DNA from: Candidatus Poribacteria bacterium
GTDB lineage: Bacteria > Poribacteria > WGA-4E > PCPOR2b
Assembly: GCA_965208675.1 (NCBI GenBank)
Contig: OZ242351.1
Coordinates: 3,264,001-3,328,000, forward strand
DNA length: 64,000 nucleotides
Reading direction: 5' to 3'
Below, in pieces: positions 61,037 through 64,000 of this stretch. The position numbers were made by a program, and so were the translations under genes. Each line of letters starts with the position of its first letter. The first letter of the stretch is position 1. The notes beneath the pieces were generated by a model, which worked only from the letters and a program-made list of their open reading frames with translations, ran no database searches and had not been told where the DNA came from.

Positions 61037-61894
61037 ATGAAACAAAAAAGCTGGCTAATCAAGACTTTCGCTGGAATAATCTGTCTGATTGCCGTACTTG
61101 CGATGGGGGTTGCTGGTAAACTTTCAACCGGCAGTGAAGACAAAGGTTTGATTCCGATTCCTGCCGGGGAATTCCTTATGGGAACGGACGATCCTAACCT
61201 CCCCTTCAATCATCAGCCGATGCAGTCGGTGAACCTTGATGCGTATATGATTGGGGCATGCGAGGTGACAAATTCTGAATTTGAACAGTTTGTCATAGAT
61301 GGCGGATATCAACGAAAAGAACTTTGGCTTCCCAATGGCTGGGCTTTTATTCAGGAACATAAAATTCAGATTCCATACAGTTGGCGTAATTCCGAGTTTC
61401 GGCAGCCATCCCAACCCGTAACTGGTGTAAGTTGGTATGAAGCAAACGCATTTGCTGGCTGGGCAGGTAAACGCCTACCCACAGAAGCGGAGTGGGAGAA
61501 AGCAGCACGAGGCGAAGCGGGGTATCATTTCCCTTGGGGAAATACCTTTGATTTCAGATGTGTAAACTATTCTGCCTTTACATTGCCCCTCCCGGTTGGA
61601 AGTTTCCCTGACGGACAGAGCCCCTATGGAGTATTTGATATGGCTGGAAACGTCGCGGAATGGGTTATGATTACTGAAGATGATTCTGATTGCTCCGAAT
61701 TTAAAAGCTTCAAAGTAGTCAAAGGCGGGGCATGGTCATCAATCCGTAGCGAGTTCCGTTGTGCCAATCGCCGTTATGAGAAGCCGACGTGGCGCGGCCT
61801 TGATGTTGGATTTCGTTTGGCTACATCATCACCGGGCACAGATACTTCCGAGGAAAACGCTACTATGGGCGCAAGTAAAGGGGTGGCGCCTTAA
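61037..61894 (+). CDS. FGE-sulfatase (SUMF1/EgtB) domain protein
   Basis: IPAGEFLMG, EVTN, PV..VSWYEA, RLPTEAEWEKAARG, DMAGNV.EW, GFR. Confidence 0.92.
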   Translation: MKQKSWLIKTFAGIICLIAVLAMGVAGKLSTGSEDKGLIPIPAGEFLMGTDDPNLPFNHQPMQSVNLDAYMIGACEVTNSEFEQFVIDGGYQRKELWLPNGWAFIQEHKIQIPYSWRNSEFRQPSQPVTGVSWYEANAFAGWAGKRLPTEAEWEKAARGEAGYHFPWGNTFDFRCVNYSAFTLPLPVGSFPDGQSPYGVFDMAGNVAEWVMITEDDSDCSEFKSFKVVKGGAWSSIRSEFRCANRRYEKPTWRGLDVGFRLATSSPGTDTSEENATMGASKGVAP

Positions 61895-62026
61895 AAGAAA
61901 GGTGAGTTTCGGCAAACTCGCTATAGCTTGTCTTAATATCGGTTCCTCCTTGCCGAAATGCTTTCTTTGCGCGTTTTGAGCAGAGGATCGCGACCGTCAA
62001 GATTTGAACATTGAAAGTGTAATCTT

Positions 62027-62596
62027 ATGAATTTCAGGAATAAAAGGATTCTTGTCGTTGGCTTTGTTGTTATAGGAAGCGCCGTCATATTGGTCGTTGG
62101 ATACCGGGGGTACCAAGCTGCGAGACCTACAAAACCGATGTCGGAGGTCGATATATCTGCTACCATTCATATCGAACGGCGCCCACAGGAGGCTTCTAGA
62201 TTTGACTACATGCTGCTTGAGATGCTTTCTGCAACGGCGAAATCTCCGTCCACAGAAGAAGAAAAAACATTGGACAGTTCGATTACAGCGAAACAACTTC
62301 TGCAGAAAAAGTTGCAATCACAGATGGAGATCGGCTATCACTTATTGATAGCACTTCATCAATCTAAACGAGAAATTGATAAGCTTCTAGGCGCTTCGAG
62401 TTCTAAATCCGTAGACCAATTGAAACAGCTGCGGCAGAGATACAACGAGCAAATTCTCTTATTGGCCGAAATAGGAGCCTTTCTCGGAGAAAGCGAGGTG
62501 AGATTGATGGCAAAAAGATTGCTAGGCAAATTTCCCGATCAAGCCGATGCATTACTTCATCGGATTCGTGCATTCTTACGTGACCACGGTTATTAG
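62027..62596 (+). CDS. Hypothetical membrane-anchored protein
   Basis: N-terminal TM, helical body. Confidence 0.6.
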   Translation: MNFRNKRILVVGFVVIGSAVILVVGYRGYQAARPTKPMSEVDISATIHIERRPQEASRFDYMLLEMLSATAKSPSTEEEKTLDSSITAKQLLQKKLQSQMEIGYHLLIALHQSKREIDKLLGASSSKSVDQLKQLRQRYNEQILLLAEIGAFLGESEVRLMAKRLLGKFPDQADALLHRIRAFLRDHGY

Positions 62597-62610
62597 GGGG
62601 TTTAACAGAT

Positions 62611-63600
62611 ATGTGGCTGCAAACAAGAAGGATATGTTTCCATGTTATGGCAGTAACTGCCATTGTTATTTTCTTTAGATGCGGCGGATTAGAAAGGAGC
62701 GTCGTTGCGCAACAGCCTGGTGCAAAGGAATTGCTTCAAGAGCATCTGAAAGACCAACGATCACGATTGCAGAATGGAACGGTGATGCTCATTCTGCGAC
62801 GAGATGCCAATAGCACTACGCATGGGTTCTTATACCTAGTGGCCTTTCTGGACGATAAAATGCGGTGGGAGTCGTATGTTGTACCTCATAATTTCTCTCT
62901 GGACTCCAAGGAAGAGATTGGTTTCATTTTTCAGGAAACTTCCGGGATGTTTGTAAAGCTTGTTGTGTCCTATTCGGATGGCTATTACTCGAACGTTCAA
63001 GGTGCGATTTCCATTGGACGGTCTACAACGATTTCAAACCAGATCGCCTATTACCGATTTTTGGACGAGGTCATTAATTCGCTTGATTCCCGCGACGTAC
63101 AGGTTCAAAAGCATGATGCTCCTGCTCCCTATGTCGGTGTGAATATCCGCCTATCGGATTGGTACCAGCTATCGAAGGACACGGATCAACGTGTCGAGTT
63201 CACGACGGACATCTGGCTAGACCCTGAACACGCTGGCTTGGCGACCCGTCTAGCTGGAACAAGACCAGAGTTTTGGAAAGATCCGCAGAAGGGAGAAGGT
63301 GCACCGAGTTCTGTTGTTTATTTAACTTGGCACGCGGAGGTTAAGGCATTTGCAAAAAGTCATGGCATCTGGTATCCCCAAATCGTCATGACTAAAGTAG
63401 AAATGGAACCTGATGCCCCGCCCCAAGAAGATCGTTGGGAGGTACTCGGTTTCTGTACAGGTGTGGATTTGCCTATTTCAATCTTTGGAACATCGCCGAA
63501 TAGGAAGATGAAAGCGGATAGTGCTTGGCCGCAGGTTGCCGAATGGATTGTATTGAATCCACCTCAACAGCCAGTTGACAAGATTAAAGAGGAGAAATAA
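62611..63600 (+). CDS. Hypothetical exported protein
   Basis: 329-aa ORF, signal-like N-terminus, AGGGGG RBS. Confidence 0.6.
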   Translation: MWLQTRRICFHVMAVTAIVIFFRCGGLERSVVAQQPGAKELLQEHLKDQRSRLQNGTVMLILRRDANSTTHGFLYLVAFLDDKMRWESYVVPHNFSLDSKEEIGFIFQETSGMFVKLVVSYSDGYYSNVQGAISIGRSTTISNQIAYYRFLDEVINSLDSRDVQVQKHDAPAPYVGVNIRLSDWYQLSKDTDQRVEFTTDIWLDPEHAGLATRLAGTRPEFWKDPQKGEGAPSSVVYLTWHAEVKAFAKSHGIWYPQIVMTKVEMEPDAPPQEDRWEVLGFCTGVDLPISIFGTSPNRKMKADSAWPQVAEWIVLNPPQQPVDKIKEEK

Positions 63601-63601
63601 G

Positions 63602-64000
63602 ATGTCCAATAAAGCCATGATAGTCAGTCTTCTGTTGATAGTCGTTGTTGTCGCCGTTGGGATAATTTGGTATGTTTTCCGTCCCGGCGCAAATGAAACT
63701 GAGCAAATCGTAGAATATGTCATATCAGCGCCTAAGCAAACGGACAGTTCTCTTGAATCTCAAGCGAGTTCCGGTGATACTTCAAAACAGCAAGATGTCA
63801 TGAACACCGATGAACTTGAAGCATTGAATCGAATGATAGAGATACTTGAAGCCATGGAGGAGTCTTCCGAGGAATCTACCAGTGTGGAGATGGAAATGCA
63901 AGAAACAGTCTTTAAGCAGCAGGAAACTGAAGAACAGGAAATTGAAGAATCGCCTGCTGGCACCCCATCCGCCGGTGATATGGAACTAGCAGAGCAACAA
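63602..64000 (+). CDS. Hypothetical membrane-anchored acidic protein, runs off window
   Basis: ATG 63602 with GAGGAG; MSNKAMIVSLLLIVVVVAVGIIWY then Glu-rich; no stop before the window end. Confidence 0.65.
   Translation, partial: MSNKAMIVSLLLIVVVVAVGIIWYVFRPGANETEQIVEYVISAPKQTDSSLESQASSGDTSKQQDVMNTDELEALNRMIEILEAMEESSEESTSVEMEMQETVFKQQETEEQEIEESPAGTPSAGDMELAEQQ

Overview
Bacterial chromosomal window. The LRR/Big-domain secreted proteins and the repeat style suggest Candidatus Poribacteria or a similar lineage, but that is inference only. The left ~19 kb is an accessory, defence-type island with most genes on the minus strand. Its centre is a five-gene unit: XRE-HTH repressor, 4-Cys PD-(D/E)XK (Cas4/AddB-like) nuclease, long Argonaute with an apparently intact DEDD tetrad, then a translationally coupled 151-aa helical protein and 380-aa HEXXH metallopeptidase. 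The island also carries a putative ART-like/DUF6575-like pair, two membrane proteins (one HTH-fused), a TPR protein, a type IIG R-M enzyme, a DUF2280-like gene, an orphan HicB and DUF488. The rest is mostly housekeeping: acyl-CoA ligase, a cold-shock/tandem-Hfq-like fusion, duplicated ferredoxins, pepP, class A PBP, uvrB, an M16 peptidase pair, mlaEFD followed by a probable spt + bacterial ceramide synthase pair, sensor and secreted proteins, and a PAS kinase/sigma54 regulator with its target promoter. Intergenic DNA holds many GTAG-type REP-like repeats, a dispersed 30-bp module and a 201-bp MITE. No tRNA, rRNA or CRISPR array was seen. All family calls come from reading motifs by eye; no database search was run.
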